From Cyanobacteria bacterium P01_A01_bin.123 (GTDB lineage Bacteria; Cyanobacteriota; Cyanobacteriia; Phormidesmidales; Phormidesmidaceae), in contig JBCBZT010000006.1 of NCBI GenBank assembly GCA_039815185.1, positions 96,001-160,000 of the forward strand: a stretch of 64,000 nt of DNA. The letters run 5' to 3'. Numbering within the stretch: the stretch's first letter is position 1; the number at the start of each line of letters is the position of its first letter. A model generated the notes under the pieces. It did no database searches. It saw nothing but the letters and a program-made list of their open reading frames with translations, and was not told where the DNA came from. The translations under genes and the position numbers were made by a program. This document shows, piece by piece, positions 20,199 to 31,466 of this stretch.

Positions 20199-20279
20199 GG
20201 TTTTTGATCGTTCCAATCACTCTGGAAATAGCGATTTGAGTCGGGATTTTTATCGGGGTTTGGGGGCGAAGTCAATGCC

Positions 20280-20978
20280 CTATTTCAGATCAGTGATTTG
20301 CTGAAACGGTGCCCAGCTAATGACATCCTCTAGCAGTGCTTGGTGACCTAAGATATTGGGATGTAAGCCGTCTGTTGACAGCTGCGACTGCCACCAGTGT
20401 TCACCCCGTGCCAACCACTGCTCAAAAATATCGAGATAGGGAATCTGGTGGGTTTGACACAGTTCATGGGTGGCTTGTTTGTACCGGCGCTGCTGTTCAT
20501 GGGAGTAATACAGCACTTCGGCAAAGGGCATAGCCGCTTCGTTGACCGGGATCATGCCAACAAACAAGACTGGACAAAGAGATTTAGCCTGAACCAAAAG
20601 GCTATCAAGGGTCTGATGAAATTCATCGAAGGGCGTAAAGTTACGCCCTCCTCTGCGGCCCGCCTGGGCCGAATCATTGACGCCAATCGATAGCACTAAG
20701 ACATCGGGGACTCGGTTGCGTAGCTCTCCTCGATAGCTAAACTCTGACGCTAGACGCTGGGCAACTTGAGGCACCCCGTCACCCCGCACGCCTAAGTTGT
20801 AGATGACTGGATAGGTTGTGGCAGGAGAAAGCGATCGCCGCCTTAGCCGTTCCACCCAGCCCCCGCCCTCTGGATCCCCGAAGCCGTAAACCAGACTGTC
20901 ACCAATCACGACCACCTTTTTAGGATGAGTTGAGACCTGCGAAATGGTCATTGACTCTTGAGCGGGTGACGTTAGCAT
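20280..20978 (-). CDS. GDSL/SGNH hydrolase
   Basis: GDSL, NLGVRGD, GVND and DGLHP blocks. Confidence 0.9.
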   Translation of the reverse strand: MLTSPAQESMTISQVSTHPKKVVVIGDSLVYGFGDPEGGGWVERLRRRSLSPATTYPVIYNLGVRGDGVPQVAQRLASEFSYRGELRNRVPDVLVLSIGVNDSAQAGRRGGRNFTPFDEFHQTLDSLLVQAKSLCPVLFVGMIPVNEAAMPFAEVLYYSHEQQRRYKQATHELCQTHQIPYLDIFEQWLARGEHWWQSQLSTDGLHPNILGHQALLEDVISWAPFQQITDLK

Positions 20979-21248
20979 CCAATAATTTTCCTGTTTTCCT
21001 AATTATTGACGTTGGCATGGCATAGTTATGGACATTACCACTGCGGTTGGAACTTTTCAAATCTTTACGAGCAAACCCTGTCTACCGGGAAGTGCTACCA
21101 GATATTTTCGCTGGAACAGCGCTTAAACCGGAAATCTACTGCTAAGCTGGAACATCATAAGCTACATCTAGGTTAAGAACTTAGGTTCTTTTAGATTGAG
21201 GTAAGGGTGTGGTTTAGTCTTGATCTTCGCAATCGTCTTTTTTTATCT

Positions 21249-21476
21249 ATGCTGAAGCGTTCTCCCTTTGACGGTAACCAATTAATGCGACGGACTGAGG
21301 ATTTGATTAGTGCCGCATCGAATCGGTATCGGATTACAGTACAGGTTGCGAATCGGGCTCAACGGCGTCGGTTTGAGGAATTCGATAATTTAGACGATTC
21401 AAAAATGAAGCCAGTGCTGCGGGCTATCATCGAAATGTCTGATGAACTGACCCAGCCTGAAATTATTGGTGAATAG
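21249..21476 (+). CDS. rpoZ: RNA polymerase omega subunit
   Basis: [14 protein letters not shown]...[20 protein letters not shown]. Confidence 0.92.
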   Translation: MLKRSPFDGNQLMRRTEDLISAASNRYRITVQVANRAQRRRFEEFDNLDDSKMKPVLRAIIEMSDELTQPEIIGE

Positions 21477-22137
21477 TTCAAACAGTTTGCTGCGTTTTTC
21501 TTTCAAGACGATGCAAAGCTACCGTTCGTGGGTTCGACACTTAGTTCGCTACACCACTCTGGCGCTGCTGATTCTGGGTCTTACCCTATTCAGCGGCATT
21601 AGCATTTCAGGATTTACCTTTGGAGATGGTGCGGTTTGGGCACAGGCGTCTTTGAGTCGTCGACTCCAGCGCGGCGAAGTTTCAGAAGCGGTTTATCAGC
21701 GATTGCCCAATCTGCCCATGGAAAACCAATACGTAAATGTAGACACTGGCGATCCTGAACCCGGCAATACATTGGCAACCCGCTTGGTGCGCTATCACCT
21801 CTATACAAAAGGGCGCATCACCCAATATCGTTTGGACTGGAAGCTGACCCTGGCAGACTATCTGGGAGCCAATGAACCCATGGATGCTGAGCGCTACCCT
21901 CTAGCCAATCGAGTAACGGTGAATCCGTTAGAAGGCGATCGGCAAGTGATTACAGGGTTGAGTCGCCGCGATCGCGATCAGTTAATCCAGGTTTTGATTG
22001 AAGTGTGTCATCCTGAACTGGCAGGAACCTTGGAGGGTAATGACGGGGGTGATGGGAGTAGTGAGACTGAACAAGATGGCATGAACGCTCCCAATCAACC
22101 TGTTACCGGGACTGGCGCTGCCGATTTACTGCGCTGA
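21466..22137 (+). CDS. Conserved cyanobacterial hypothetical exported protein
   Basis: 223-aa ORF with an N-terminal hydrophobic segment and [23 protein letters not shown] blocks. Start uncertain. Confidence 0.65.
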   Translation: MVNSSNSLLRFSFKTMQSYRSWVRHLVRYTTLALLILGLTLFSGISISGFTFGDGAVWAQASLSRRLQRGEVSEAVYQRLPNLPMENQYVNVDTGDPEPGNTLATRLVRYHLYTKGRITQYRLDWKLTLADYLGANEPMDAERYPLANRVTVNPLEGDRQVITGLSRRDRDQLIQVLIEVCHPELAGTLEGNDGGDGSSETEQDGMNAPNQPVTGTGAADLLR

Positions 22138-22154
22138 TCGGGACTTAGCCAACC

Positions 22155-22520
22155 ATGGCGCGGCAAATCAAATCAGGCCCCGGCTGGCGGCTAGGTTGGG
22201 ATGATACTGCAGCTGAATTTCAAGGATTGGCGGCTGGAGAACACTGGGCAGTGGAGCTGACTGCTCAGGAGTTAGCTGATTTATGCCGATTGGCCTTGCA
22301 GCTAGCTGAGTCTGTCCATGGGATTGCATCTGAATTAATGGATGAGGAACGCATTACCTGTGAAGCCGAAAGCGATTGGATTTGGCTGGAAGTCGAGGGC
22401 TATCCCCATGCTTACAGTCTGCGCTTTATTTTGCAGATGGGTCGCCGTAGTGAGGGCACCTGGTCTTGTGAGGCTGTGCCCTCACTGTTACAAGCTATGG
22501 CTGGATTGACGCTTTTTTGA
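22155..22520 (+). CDS. DUF1818 family protein
   Basis: GPGWRLGWD...WAVELT...ELMDEERI...RRSEGTW. Confidence 0.75.
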   Translation: MARQIKSGPGWRLGWDDTAAEFQGLAAGEHWAVELTAQELADLCRLALQLAESVHGIASELMDEERITCEAESDWIWLEVEGYPHAYSLRFILQMGRRSEGTWSCEAVPSLLQAMAGLTLF

Positions 22521-22666
22521 TCCAAGGCTTGGTCAGATATAGTTTGGGCTAAACGATGACACGGCTTGGATCCTGTAACTTTTCTCTAACTCCTGGTACA
22601 AATCTCAATTCAGTGTCTACGCTAGCTAAAGCAACAGGGTAGTTTTAAGAATTGGTATAGAGAGCC

Positions 22667-23863
22667 ATGAAAATCCAGGTTATCAGTGACACATTGTTTA
22701 AGGTTGAACCCAAACAATCGAATGAACTATCAGACTCAGAAAAGGTGCTGGTTAAAAACGGCACTGAGTTTGAAATTCAGTTTTATTTAGAGACCACCAA
22801 TAATCACCTGAAAATCAATCTCTCTAATGCCACCTTGGGCGAATCAGAAAAGCAAGATTGGTATGTTTATCGCCCCGACATTAAGTTGATCAAATCTCCT
22901 GTTGAGCTCAAGGTCGTCAGCGATACCCTGTTTAAGCTCAAGCCTGTGGTGTCTGTTGAGCTTGGCGATCGCGAAAAGGTCTTCGTCAAAAATGGTAGTG
23001 AGTTTGAGCTCCAGTCCTATCTGCCAGCAGAAGGGAATCATGTCAGAATTGCGATCGCTAATGCTTTCCTTGGCCCTGAAAATCGCAACACTTGGTACGC
23101 CTATAACCCTGACATCAAGATTCAAGGGTCTGCCATCGAAATGAAAGTTATCAGCGACACGCTGTTTAAGGCAGAACCCAAACTCTCCAGTGAATTACCA
23201 GCTGCGCAAAAGGTATTTGTAAAATCAGGGACAATTTTTGAACTTGACTCCCATGCTCCGGTCGAAGGGAACCACGTCAGAGTGGCTTTGAAGAATACCT
23301 TCCTCGGTGCTGAAAACCGCAACACTTGGAATGCCTACGCGCCTGATATCGAAATCGAAGGTAACGAACCCAATAATCAGCCCAAAGATAGCCCACCCCA
23401 GACCAGCCAAGCCGCAAGCCCCAAAGATCCTGGCAAAGCGTTAAAGTTTCCCGGATTCAATGGTACTTACTACACTAATCGGCCGATCTTGGCCAATGGC
23501 AACTTTACTTGGGGTGAAGCAACCCATGGCGGCAGCCGCATCCCTGTGAATGCTGGGGTAGTTTACGGCATCATTCGCATTGCCAAACATATGGAAGAGG
23601 TGCGCAAGCAACTGGGCAATCGTTCTATCAAAGTGAATTCGTGGTATCGAGATCCGACGACAAACCGCCGAGTAGGGGGAGCATCTCGGTCTCGTCATTT
23701 ATCGGGGGATGCAGTTGATTTTGTTGTCTCGGGTATCCACCCCTATGATGTGTACGCTCGTCTCAATGGCTGGTGGGGTAGCAAGGGGGGATTAGCCAGT
23801 GCGACTGTCTTTACTCATATTGATACCAGGGGATATAGAGCGCGGTGGTCGTATGGGTTCTAA
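22667..23863 (+). CDS. Peptidase M15A (D-Ala-D-Ala carboxypeptidase-like) with three N-terminal repeats
   Basis: SWYR...NRRVGGASRSRHLSGDAVD...HIDTRG; three ~77-aa repeats starting V(I/V)SDTLFK. Confidence 0.85.
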   Translation: MKIQVISDTLFKVEPKQSNELSDSEKVLVKNGTEFEIQFYLETTNNHLKINLSNATLGESEKQDWYVYRPDIKLIKSPVELKVVSDTLFKLKPVVSVELGDREKVFVKNGSEFELQSYLPAEGNHVRIAIANAFLGPENRNTWYAYNPDIKIQGSAIEMKVISDTLFKAEPKLSSELPAAQKVFVKSGTIFELDSHAPVEGNHVRVALKNTFLGAENRNTWNAYAPDIEIEGNEPNNQPKDSPPQTSQAASPKDPGKALKFPGFNGTYYTNRPILANGNFTWGEATHGGSRIPVNAGVVYGIIRIAKHMEEVRKQLGNRSIKVNSWYRDPTTNRRVGGASRSRHLSGDAVDFVVSGIHPYDVYARLNGWWGSKGGLASATVFTHIDTRGYRARWSYGF

Positions 23864-23878
23864 ATGACGCCTTAAGCC

Positions 23879-24235
23879 TTAGTCATCTGAGTAAACCCAG
23901 GTGGTCATCTCACAGATATTAATATCGAAGCTCTCTACCTCAATGCCATCTGAAAAAATCGCTAGCATGTCGTATATACAAGCGGGATAACCGTCTTGTA
24001 CCCTCATGTTGACCGTTTCGCCAGGGAGCAAAGATTCTCCAGAGGGAACCGAGTTGGGTCCCCAGCTATCTGATGTGGGCGGGGTAATGTAGAACTCAAC
24101 AATGGAGGCGCTAGTGTCATTTTGAATGGGAAAGACGACTTCTTCTGCTAAGGCAGCTGTCATGCCAATCAAAGTTGAGGGAAGCGCCATTAGCGTCGCT
24201 AAGGCAGCGGTTCGTGTGGTGATTGCTGGCAACAT
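23879..24235 (-). CDS. Hypothetical secreted protein
   Basis: Signal peptide, then NDTSASIVEFYITP...WGPN...CIYD...NIC with two Cys. Confidence 0.65.
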   Translation of the reverse strand: MLPAITTRTAALATLMALPSTLIGMTAALAEEVVFPIQNDTSASIVEFYITPPTSDSWGPNSVPSGESLLPGETVNMRVQDGYPACIYDMLAIFSDGIEVESFDINICEMTTWVYSDD

Positions 24236-24441
24236 GGATCTCTCGGTAGGAAAATTAAGACAAAGATGTTGGTGGTCTTTTACACACTTCCCAAGACGAA
24301 CCACAAGCAATCAGCGTTTGAGGAAACTTGTTGGTATCATCACTTTTCTCTCGGGCGGGCAAAGAGACAAAAGAGGGGTTGTGAGCGCCCTACTTTGGGG
24401 TAGTAGGGGTCGTCAGATATGTTATTGTGAATAGGCAATAT

Positions 24442-24515
24442 CGGGGCGTAGCGCAGCTTGGTAGCGCACTACTTTGGGGTAGTAGGGGTCGTGGGTTCAA
24501 ATCCCGCCGCTCCGA
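24442..24515 (+). tRNA. trnP: tRNA-Pro (GGG)
   Basis: CGGGGCGTAGCGCAGCTTGGTAGCGC A CTACT-TTGGGGT-AGTAG GGGTC GTGGG-TTCAAAT-CCCGC CGCTCCG A folds as a cloverleaf; CCA not encoded. Confidence 0.95.
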
Positions 24516-24522
24516 TTGCATG

Positions 24523-24547
24523 AAACCTCCCACTAATGGGAGGTTTT
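24523..24547 (+). terminator. Intrinsic terminator after the tRNA
   Basis: AAACCTCCCA-CTAA-TGGGAGGTTTT. Confidence 0.8.
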
Positions 24548-24815
24548 GGCGTTTCTAAGACTGCTTTTAGGGTGTGCCGATACCCAAGCCCTTCAAGACT
24601 GAAGAGATCAAGAGAGTTCTCGAACATCTTAGAGATTAGGCACTATGTCAGCATTGGACTGATTTCATTGAGTTCTGCCTTGGGCTGTTGACCTGATGAA
24701 ACGGCAGAGCTGAAGTGGAAGCGTCTACCCAATGATTGTAATTCTATCTTCCTAATATCTTCATAGTGTTTTGGTCTAATGGCCTTGGTTACTTAGATCA
24801 TTATCTTGAAGACCA

Positions 24816-25895
24816 ATGACTACTGTTCTCCAACGTCAAGAGACAAACCTGTGGGAGAAATTCTGTAATTGGGTTACCAGTACCGAAAATCGGCTTTACG
24901 TTGGCTGGTTTGGGGTTCTGATGATTCCTTTGCTTGGAGTTTCGACTACAGTCTTTGTAATTGCTTTCATAGCCGCGCCTCCAGTTGATATCGATGGGAT
25001 CCGTGAACCGCTTTCCGGATCACTGCTCTATGGCAACAATATTATTACAGCAGCAGTCGTGCCCTCTTCTAATGCCATTGGCCTCCATTTTTATTCGATT
25101 TGGGAGGCGGCGACGCTCGACGAGTGGCTATACAACGGCGGCCCTTATCAAATGATTGCCTTCCACTATATTCCGGCTCTGCTTTGTTATATGGGTCGAG
25201 AGTGGGAACTCAGCTATCGCCTAGGGATGCGTCCCTGGATTTGTGTTGCCTATTCTGCCCCCGTTGCAGCGACCAGCTCCGTATTTCTGATTTATCCCAT
25301 TGGGCAAGGGAGTTTTTCTGATGGCTTACCCATGGGCATTAGCGGTACATTCAACTTTATGTTCGTCTTTCAGGCTGAACATAATATTTTGATGCATCCA
25401 TTCCACATGCTGGGGGTGGCAGGCGTTTTAGGAGGCTCATTGTTTTGTGCAATGCACGGATCTCTGGTGACCTCAAGCCTCATTCGTGAAACCACAGATG
25501 TTGAATCTCAGAATAATGGCTATAAGTTTGGCCAAGAAAGTGAGACCTATAATATTCTCGCGGCTCACGGCTATTTCGGCAGACTGATTTTTCAATATGC
25601 CAGTTTTAACAACTCGCGATCGCTGCACTTTTTCTTAGCGGCATGGCCTGTGATTTGTATCTGGTTTGTTGCCCTGGGTATCAGCACAATGGCGTTCAAC
25701 CTTAACGGGTTTAACTTCAACCACTCTATCCTTGATTCTCAAGGTCGAGTGTTGCCAAGCTGGGCTGATGTGGTTAACCGGGCTAATTTAGGATTCGAGG
25801 TTCTGCATGAGCGTAATGCTCACAACTTCCCTCTAGATTTAGCGAGCGAATCTGTGGTTCCCATTGCCTATCAGGCACCTGCTGTGCATGTTTAA
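24816..25895 (+). CDS. psbA3: Far-red-light D1 protein PsbA3
   Basis: D1 with Mn ligands retained ([21 protein letters not shown]) and FRL-type segments [16 protein letters not shown] and DGLPMGISG. Confidence 0.93.
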   Translation: MTTVLQRQETNLWEKFCNWVTSTENRLYVGWFGVLMIPLLGVSTTVFVIAFIAAPPVDIDGIREPLSGSLLYGNNIITAAVVPSSNAIGLHFYSIWEAATLDEWLYNGGPYQMIAFHYIPALLCYMGREWELSYRLGMRPWICVAYSAPVAATSSVFLIYPIGQGSFSDGLPMGISGTFNFMFVFQAEHNILMHPFHMLGVAGVLGGSLFCAMHGSLVTSSLIRETTDVESQNNGYKFGQESETYNILAAHGYFGRLIFQYASFNNSRSLHFFLAAWPVICIWFVALGISTMAFNLNGFNFNHSILDSQGRVLPSWADVVNRANLGFEVLHERNAHNFPLDLASESVVPIAYQAPAVHV

Positions 25896-25930
25896 CTCTG
25901 ACGCTTCCTGATCTTAAATACGTCAAACAT

Positions 25931-25958
25931 AAGCGCTTTCTTTAGGGAAAGTGCTTTT
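25931..25958 (+). terminator. Probable terminator after psbA3
   Basis: AAGCGCTTTC-TTTAGG-GAAAGTGCTTTT. Confidence 0.6.
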
Positions 25959-26235
25959 CTTATGCTCCTAAAGTTTATAGTGGTAGCCGCAAATTTGAGG
26001 GATGTTGGCAGTTAGATTGCTTAGATGGCATAATCGCACTAGCCAACTTGCTGAACACAGCGAGTATTTCTGAAGTGCTTAAATCTAACACATCACAGTG
26101 TGGTAACTGCTAGACAGCGATCGCCACATTGGCCCTTCTTGTCTTGAACCATTAAAAAAGCCCTCTGTTGAGAGGGCCCGAAACTGACACAGGCAACGGA
26201 TTAAAAATTGGCTACACCTTGATGAGACTATTTCA

Positions 26236-26619
26236 TTAGCGCCAGCGTTGCAATACCAGTCGGATTGAACCATCTTTCTGGTGTTGCTGCTCAGCTACTT
26301 CAAATCCTTGTTGGATTGTGGTGCTCATAATTTTTTGATAAGCATAGCGCTGGGTAACTTGTCTCAAAAATCCTTCCACAGATAGGGGTTGCTTCCAGAA
26401 CTGGAAGTCTGCCACGAGATCGTAGTCATGACCGTTCCAAGCAAACCCAATATCGTGGCTATTGGGTTGCTCAATAATAAGGTGAGCAGTGCAGGTTTGC
26501 CCCTGATAACCTCGGACTTCACTTGGGCCGGGCTTCCAGTCAATATCCAGGTCATTCAAGGCAGACTGTAACGCCTTCAAATCCCGAATTCGAGTTTTGA
26601 GATAACTAAAGTGAGACAT
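26236..26619 (-). CDS. DUF1257 / Ycf35-like protein
   Basis: MSHFSYLKT...VRGYQGQ...DIGFAWNG..YDLVADFQFW...VTQRYA...DGSIRLVLQRW. Confidence 0.88.
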   Translation of the reverse strand: MSHFSYLKTRIRDLKALQSALNDLDIDWKPGPSEVRGYQGQTCTAHLIIEQPNSHDIGFAWNGHDYDLVADFQFWKQPLSVEGFLRQVTQRYAYQKIMSTTIQQGFEVAEQQHQKDGSIRLVLQRWR

Positions 26620-26684
26620 AGCTATAGGGTTTTTCTAACATGGCTTGATGATTCGCTTGATGCAATAAGGTCAAAACGGTAGTG

Positions 26685-26831
26685 CTATTCCCGATCTAAA
26701 GGGTAGTTTCTATAGGAAAGCACGACAAAAACAACACAGCAAATGACAAATACAGTTAATCCTGAGAAAATGCCATTTGCAGTAGTACCAAATTGTCCTT
26801 CACCGTAGGCTAAATAGAAGATGGGAGGCAT
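26685..26831 (-). CDS. Small single-pass membrane protein (48 aa) directly downstream of psbH2
   Basis: Hand translation MPPIFYLAYGEGQFGTTANGIFSGLTVFVICCVVFVVLSYRNYPLDRE*. GGAG lies 7 nt upstream of the ATG, which is 21 nt after the psbH2 stop. Below the ORF-track cutoff. Confidence 0.65.
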   Translation of the reverse strand: MPPIFYLAYGEGQFGTTANGIFSGLTVFVICCVVFVVLSYRNYPLDRE

Positions 26832-26852
26832 TGATAAACTCCATTAATCGAA

Positions 26853-27062
26853 TTAAAAACTGGGGTCGAAACCTTCTAGCATAATGGTGCCGTTGTAGAG
26901 TTGTAGGATGATGAGGATAAACACTGCTAGTAAAACCAATAGTGCTGCCATAAATGGGGCTGTGCCCCAACCGGGTGCAACGCGACCGGCTTCAGCATTC
27001 AGTTTCCTTAAGGTGTACTGAATCGGGGCTATTTTTTTGGAAACGTATCTCTGCTGCTGCAT
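26853..27062 (-). CDS. psbH2: FRL PSII subunit PsbH2
   Basis: LRKLNAEAGRVAPGWGTAPFMA...ILQLYN. Confidence 0.92.
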   Translation of the reverse strand: MQQQRYVSKKIAPIQYTLRKLNAEAGRVAPGWGTAPFMAALLVLLAVFILIILQLYNGTIMLEGFDPSF

Positions 27063-27182
27063 AGGGGGCCTCTCGTTAAGTAATAAAAGATTGCAAAGAA
27101 CCTTGAAAAAAAGATTGATTCAGAGACGCAGTGCTCTACGCCCCTGAATATAGGTTTCGAGTTTTGAAAGCCAGCGGACAAC

Positions 27183-28718
27183 TTAAATCGTTGTTGTTGT
27201 TTGCCGTGATGTCGGATCGCCCACTTTCTTGAAATAGCCCCATTCCACTTGTTCTTCGCTTAAGTCTGGATCGATGCCCGAGAAGACATCTTGGAAGAGG
27301 GCTCGTAGACCGTGCCAGATATGGCCAAAGAACCAGACCAGTGCAAAGCAGGTGTGGAAAAAGGCAAAGAAGCCGCGATTGCTCGTCCTAAACGCACCGT
27401 CGGAGTTGTAGACCGTGCGGTCAAACTCGAAGGGTTCACCCAGTTGAGCTTTGCGGGCGTATTTTTTCACGTCCTGTGGGTCAGTGAACGATTGACCGTT
27501 CAGGGCTCCACCATAGAAGCTAACGTTGACGCCAGTTTGCTCAAAGCTATATTTGGCATCAGCTCGCCGGAAGGGGATATCTGCCCGGACGATACCATCG
27601 CGATCGGATAAAACGACGGGGAAGTTTTCAAAGAAGTTGGGCATGCGTCGAACGCTAAGATCTCGGCCTTCTTTGTCTTTGAAGACGGGATGACCAAGCC
27701 AGGTGGTTGGTAATCCATCGCCATCTACCATACGTCCCACTCGAAATAGTCCACCTTTGGCTGGACTATTGCCCACATAGTCGTAGAAAGCCAACTTAAT
27801 CGGAACAGCAGACCAAGCCTCTGATGGAGTTTTACCTGCGCTTATACCGGTCTGCACTCGTCGATTAATTTCCTGTTGAAAATAACCCTGATCCCACTGA
27901 TGGCGAGTAGGCCCCCATAGTTCAATAGGCGTAGTTGCGGTGCCGTACCACATAGTGCCCGCGGCGATAAAACCAGCACCGAAGAAGACTGCTAAACTGC
28001 TGGCCAGCGCCCCTTCAATGTTGCCCATTCTCAGGGCTTTGTAAAGGTATTCTGGGGGACGTACAGCGATGTGAAAGAGGCCGCCGATAATGGCCACGAT
28101 CCCCAAAGCAATATGGTGGGAGACAACCCCGCCCGGATTTTGTGGGTTAAATCCAGTGGGTCCCCAGTCTGGGGCAACGCCTTGAATGTGGCCTGTCAAA
28201 CCATACGGATCAGAAACCCACATGCCGGGGCCAAAAACGCCGGTCAGGTGAAAGGCCCCAAAGCCAAAGCAGAGGAGTCCGGCGAGTAACAGATGGATGC
28301 CGAAAACTTTGGGCAGATCGATAATCGGTTCGTCGGTTTTCGGATCGAAGAAGGTGGCGACGTCCCAGTAGACCCAGTGCCAGCAGGCGGCGAGAAATTC
28401 TAAGCCCGAGAAAACGATGTGGGCGATCGCGACGGTTTCAAACGTCCAAAATCCTGGGTCGGTAAACGTTTCTCCCGTAATACTCCAACCCTGCCACGAG
28501 TTGGTAACCCCAAGACGAGCCACAAAGGGCATCAAAAAGCAGCCTTGCCGCCACATGGGATTCAAAATCGGATCGGTGGGGTCATATCGAGCCAGCTCGA
28601 ATAGCAGCATCGATCCTGCAAACCCGGCACAAAGGGCATTGTGCATCAGATGCACGGCAATTAATCGTCCTGGATCGTTCAAGACAGTTGTATGAACGCG
28701 ATACCAAGGCAGTCCCAT
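27183..28718 (-). CDS. psbB2: FRL CP47 PsbB2
   Basis: [10 protein letters not shown]...[13 protein letters not shown]; divergent CP47 within the FaRLiP cluster. Confidence 0.95.
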   Translation of the reverse strand: MGLPWYRVHTTVLNDPGRLIAVHLMHNALCAGFAGSMLLFELARYDPTDPILNPMWRQGCFLMPFVARLGVTNSWQGWSITGETFTDPGFWTFETVAIAHIVFSGLEFLAACWHWVYWDVATFFDPKTDEPIIDLPKVFGIHLLLAGLLCFGFGAFHLTGVFGPGMWVSDPYGLTGHIQGVAPDWGPTGFNPQNPGGVVSHHIALGIVAIIGGLFHIAVRPPEYLYKALRMGNIEGALASSLAVFFGAGFIAAGTMWYGTATTPIELWGPTRHQWDQGYFQQEINRRVQTGISAGKTPSEAWSAVPIKLAFYDYVGNSPAKGGLFRVGRMVDGDGLPTTWLGHPVFKDKEGRDLSVRRMPNFFENFPVVLSDRDGIVRADIPFRRADAKYSFEQTGVNVSFYGGALNGQSFTDPQDVKKYARKAQLGEPFEFDRTVYNSDGAFRTSNRGFFAFFHTCFALVWFFGHIWHGLRALFQDVFSGIDPDLSEEQVEWGYFKKVGDPTSRQTTTTI

Positions 28719-28771
28719 GGCGTCCTTCTCCTTATTTTTGTCTTTTTATTAAAGGTGTGTTCAATCACGGC

Positions 28772-30220
28772 TCAGTCTGAACGCAGACTTGGATCAATCG
28801 GCGCCATTGAGAGCACGGGTTCATTTTCTCGATCGAGACCTGTCTCAAACCCAGCAGCGGCAGCCCGAGCACGCCCTGCATGCCAGAGGTGACCCACTAA
28901 GAAAAAGAAGGCAAAGATAAAGTGAGCAGTGGCTAACCAGGTGCGGGGTGAGACAAAGTTAAACGCATTGGTTTCAGTGGCTAAGCCCGCAACAGAGTTT
29001 ATGGAGCCCAGCGGCGCGTGGGTCATGTATTCTGAAGCGCGACGGACTTGCCAGGGTTGGATATCGTTTCTGAGCTTATCCAAATCCAAGCCGTTGGTAC
29101 CCCGCAGAGGTTCTAGCCAGGGGGCTTTAGCATCCCAGAAACGCATGGTTTCACCGCCAAAGATAATTTCACCCGTGGGCGATCGTTGCAAATACTTACC
29201 CAGCCCAGTTGGCCCTTGAGCCGAGGCTACATCTGCCCCTAAGCCTTGATCCCGAAACAGAAATACCATCGACTGAGCCTGAGAAGCTTCGGGAATCGTC
29301 GGACCATAGAAAACACTAGGGTAAACCGTATTGTTAAACCAAATAAACGCCGTCGCAATAAACGCCTGTCCGGCCACATTACCTAGACTTTGGGACAAGT
29401 AGGTTTCTCCAGTCCAGGGAAAGAGGTTGTAAGTCCAGCGCAAGGGTGGCACTAAAATATGCCAAATTCCCCCGAGCACTAGTAGCGTACCAATCCAGAT
29501 GTGGCCACCAATCACGTCTTCTAGATTGTCAACGCTGACAATCCAGCCGCTACCGCCAAAGGGATTGCGGAGCAAATAGCCAAAAATAATCCGCGGATCG
29601 ATGGTTGGATTCATAATCAGTCGCACATCGCCACCGCCCGGTGCCCAGGGGTCATAGAGGCCACCCCAAAACATCGCTTTACAGACAAACAGCAGGGCAA
29701 AGATGCCCAACATTAAAATATGGAAGCCCAGAATTTGGGCCACTTTAGCTTTATCTGTCCAGTCAAATTGGAAGAAGCCAGAGAGCTTTTCTGGACCCTG
29801 AATAGCGTGATAGATGCCCCCAATACCAAGCACTGCTGAGCCGATTAAGTGAGCTACGCCGATGGCAAAGAAAGGAAAAATATCAGTGATTGTGCCGCCG
29901 TAACCCACGCCGATGCCAAGGCTGGCAATGTGGGGCATGAGAATGCACCCCTGCTCATACATCGGTTGAGACAGGTTGTAATGGGCGACTTCAAATAGCA
30001 GCATGCCACCGGCCCAAAACGCGATCAGTCCGGCGTGGGCTACATGGGCCCCGAGAAACCGCCCCGTCAGATCTGGGGTAATGAAACGAGCGTTGCCGGC
30101 CCACCAGGCATAGCCACTGGACGCTTCGTCGTAGCCAGGGCCAGTTGGTGCAAAGATGGAACCGCCCTCACTGGGGAGCGTAATTGATAGGTCTGGTGTT
30201 GTTTCAATGGGTGTTTCCAC
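28772..30220 (-). CDS. psbC2: FRL CP43 PsbC2 (GTG start)
   Basis: [41 protein letters not shown]. Confidence 0.95.
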   Translation of the reverse strand: METPIETTPDLSITLPSEGGSIFAPTGPGYDEASSGYAWWAGNARFITPDLTGRFLGAHVAHAGLIAFWAGGMLLFEVAHYNLSQPMYEQGCILMPHIASLGIGVGYGGTITDIFPFFAIGVAHLIGSAVLGIGGIYHAIQGPEKLSGFFQFDWTDKAKVAQILGFHILMLGIFALLFVCKAMFWGGLYDPWAPGGGDVRLIMNPTIDPRIIFGYLLRNPFGGSGWIVSVDNLEDVIGGHIWIGTLLVLGGIWHILVPPLRWTYNLFPWTGETYLSQSLGNVAGQAFIATAFIWFNNTVYPSVFYGPTIPEASQAQSMVFLFRDQGLGADVASAQGPTGLGKYLQRSPTGEIIFGGETMRFWDAKAPWLEPLRGTNGLDLDKLRNDIQPWQVRRASEYMTHAPLGSINSVAGLATETNAFNFVSPRTWLATAHFIFAFFFLVGHLWHAGRARAAAAGFETGLDRENEPVLSMAPIDPSLRSD

Positions 30221-30307
30221 AGGCTTAGATCTCCTCGAAATTCAAATCAATGAAGTTGAAGCCGCCCCTCTAAACCCATGAGCGGCGGCAGCAAAGACTG
30301 GTGTGGT

Positions 30308-31366
30308 CTACTCGGAGAAGCCGCGCGGCAGAACCTCTTCTGGAAAGACAAACTTCTTCGCGGGTTGATCAAGCTCTGACATCCAGGCTCGAACGCCCTC
30401 GTTGAGCAAGACATTTTTGGTGTAGAAGGTCTCAAACTCAGGATCTTGCGCTGCTCGAATTTCTTGGCTGACAAAGTCATAAGCCCGGACATTGAAAGCC
30501 AATCCAATCATGCCAATAGCGCTCATCCACAAGCCTGTAACCGGAACAAACAGCATAAAAAAGTGCAGCCACCGCTTGTTCGAAAAGGCAATGCCAAAAA
30601 TCTGTGACCAAAATCGATTGGCCGTCACCATCGAATAGGTTTCTTCTGCTTGGGTGGTGATGAAACCGCTGAAGGTGTTTTTACTGTCAGCGTCTTTATA
30701 TAGGGTATTTTGCACAGTCGCCCCGTGGATTGCACAGAGCAACGCACCCCCCAGCACTCCGGTAACGCCCATCATGTGAAAGGGATTTAGGGTGTAATTA
30801 TGGAATCCTTGGAAAAAGAGCAGGAATCGAAAGATGGCAGCGACCCCAAAGCCTGGGCCAAAAAACCAGCTCGATTGGCCCAGCGGATAGATCAAAAACG
30901 TTGCGACAAAAACCGCAATCGGAGCTGAAAATGCAATCGCGTTATAAGGCCGAATCCCAACCAAGCGAGCAATCTCAATTTGCCGCAACATAAAACCCAT
31001 CAGCCCCAGCACACCATGAAAGGCGGTGAAGTTCCACAATCCACCAATTTGGCACCAGCGCGTAAAGTCTCCGTTGGCTTCTGGCCCCCAGAGAAACAAC
31101 AGCGAATGCCCCATACTTTCGGCAGGGGTAGAGACCGCAGTGGTGAGAAAATTACAGCCTTCTAAATAGGAGCTGACTAGACCATGGGTGTACCAGGAGG
31201 TAACAAATGTGGTGCCGGTAAACCAGGCCCCCAGCGCTAAGTAAGCACAGGGAAATAACAGCAACCCCGACCAGCCGATAAACACGAAGCGATCGCGCTT
31301 TAGCCAGTCATCAACTTCACCAACCCAGCTTCTTGCTGGCCTCAACGTGCCCATTGTAATGGTCAT
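30308..31366 (-). CDS. psbD3: FRL D2 protein PsbD3
   Basis: [44 protein letters not shown]. Confidence 0.95.
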   Translation of the reverse strand: MTITMGTLRPARSWVGEVDDWLKRDRFVFIGWSGLLLFPCAYLALGAWFTGTTFVTSWYTHGLVSSYLEGCNFLTTAVSTPAESMGHSLLFLWGPEANGDFTRWCQIGGLWNFTAFHGVLGLMGFMLRQIEIARLVGIRPYNAIAFSAPIAVFVATFLIYPLGQSSWFFGPGFGVAAIFRFLLFFQGFHNYTLNPFHMMGVTGVLGGALLCAIHGATVQNTLYKDADSKNTFSGFITTQAEETYSMVTANRFWSQIFGIAFSNKRWLHFFMLFVPVTGLWMSAIGMIGLAFNVRAYDFVSQEIRAAQDPEFETFYTKNVLLNEGVRAWMSELDQPAKKFVFPEEVLPRGFSE

Positions 31367-31466
31367 AATAATGATCCTCGTCTTAATTCAATGTGTTTTG
31401 AAGGAGCCAGAAGTCAGAATGGGCCTCTTCTGACGCCTGGATGCTGTCTCTTTTTGCAACAAAGGT

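Noticed and set aside
26085..26273. 62-aa minus-strand ORF after the ycf35-like gene
   Set aside because: Overlaps the upstream gene out of frame, with no clear RBS or motif.
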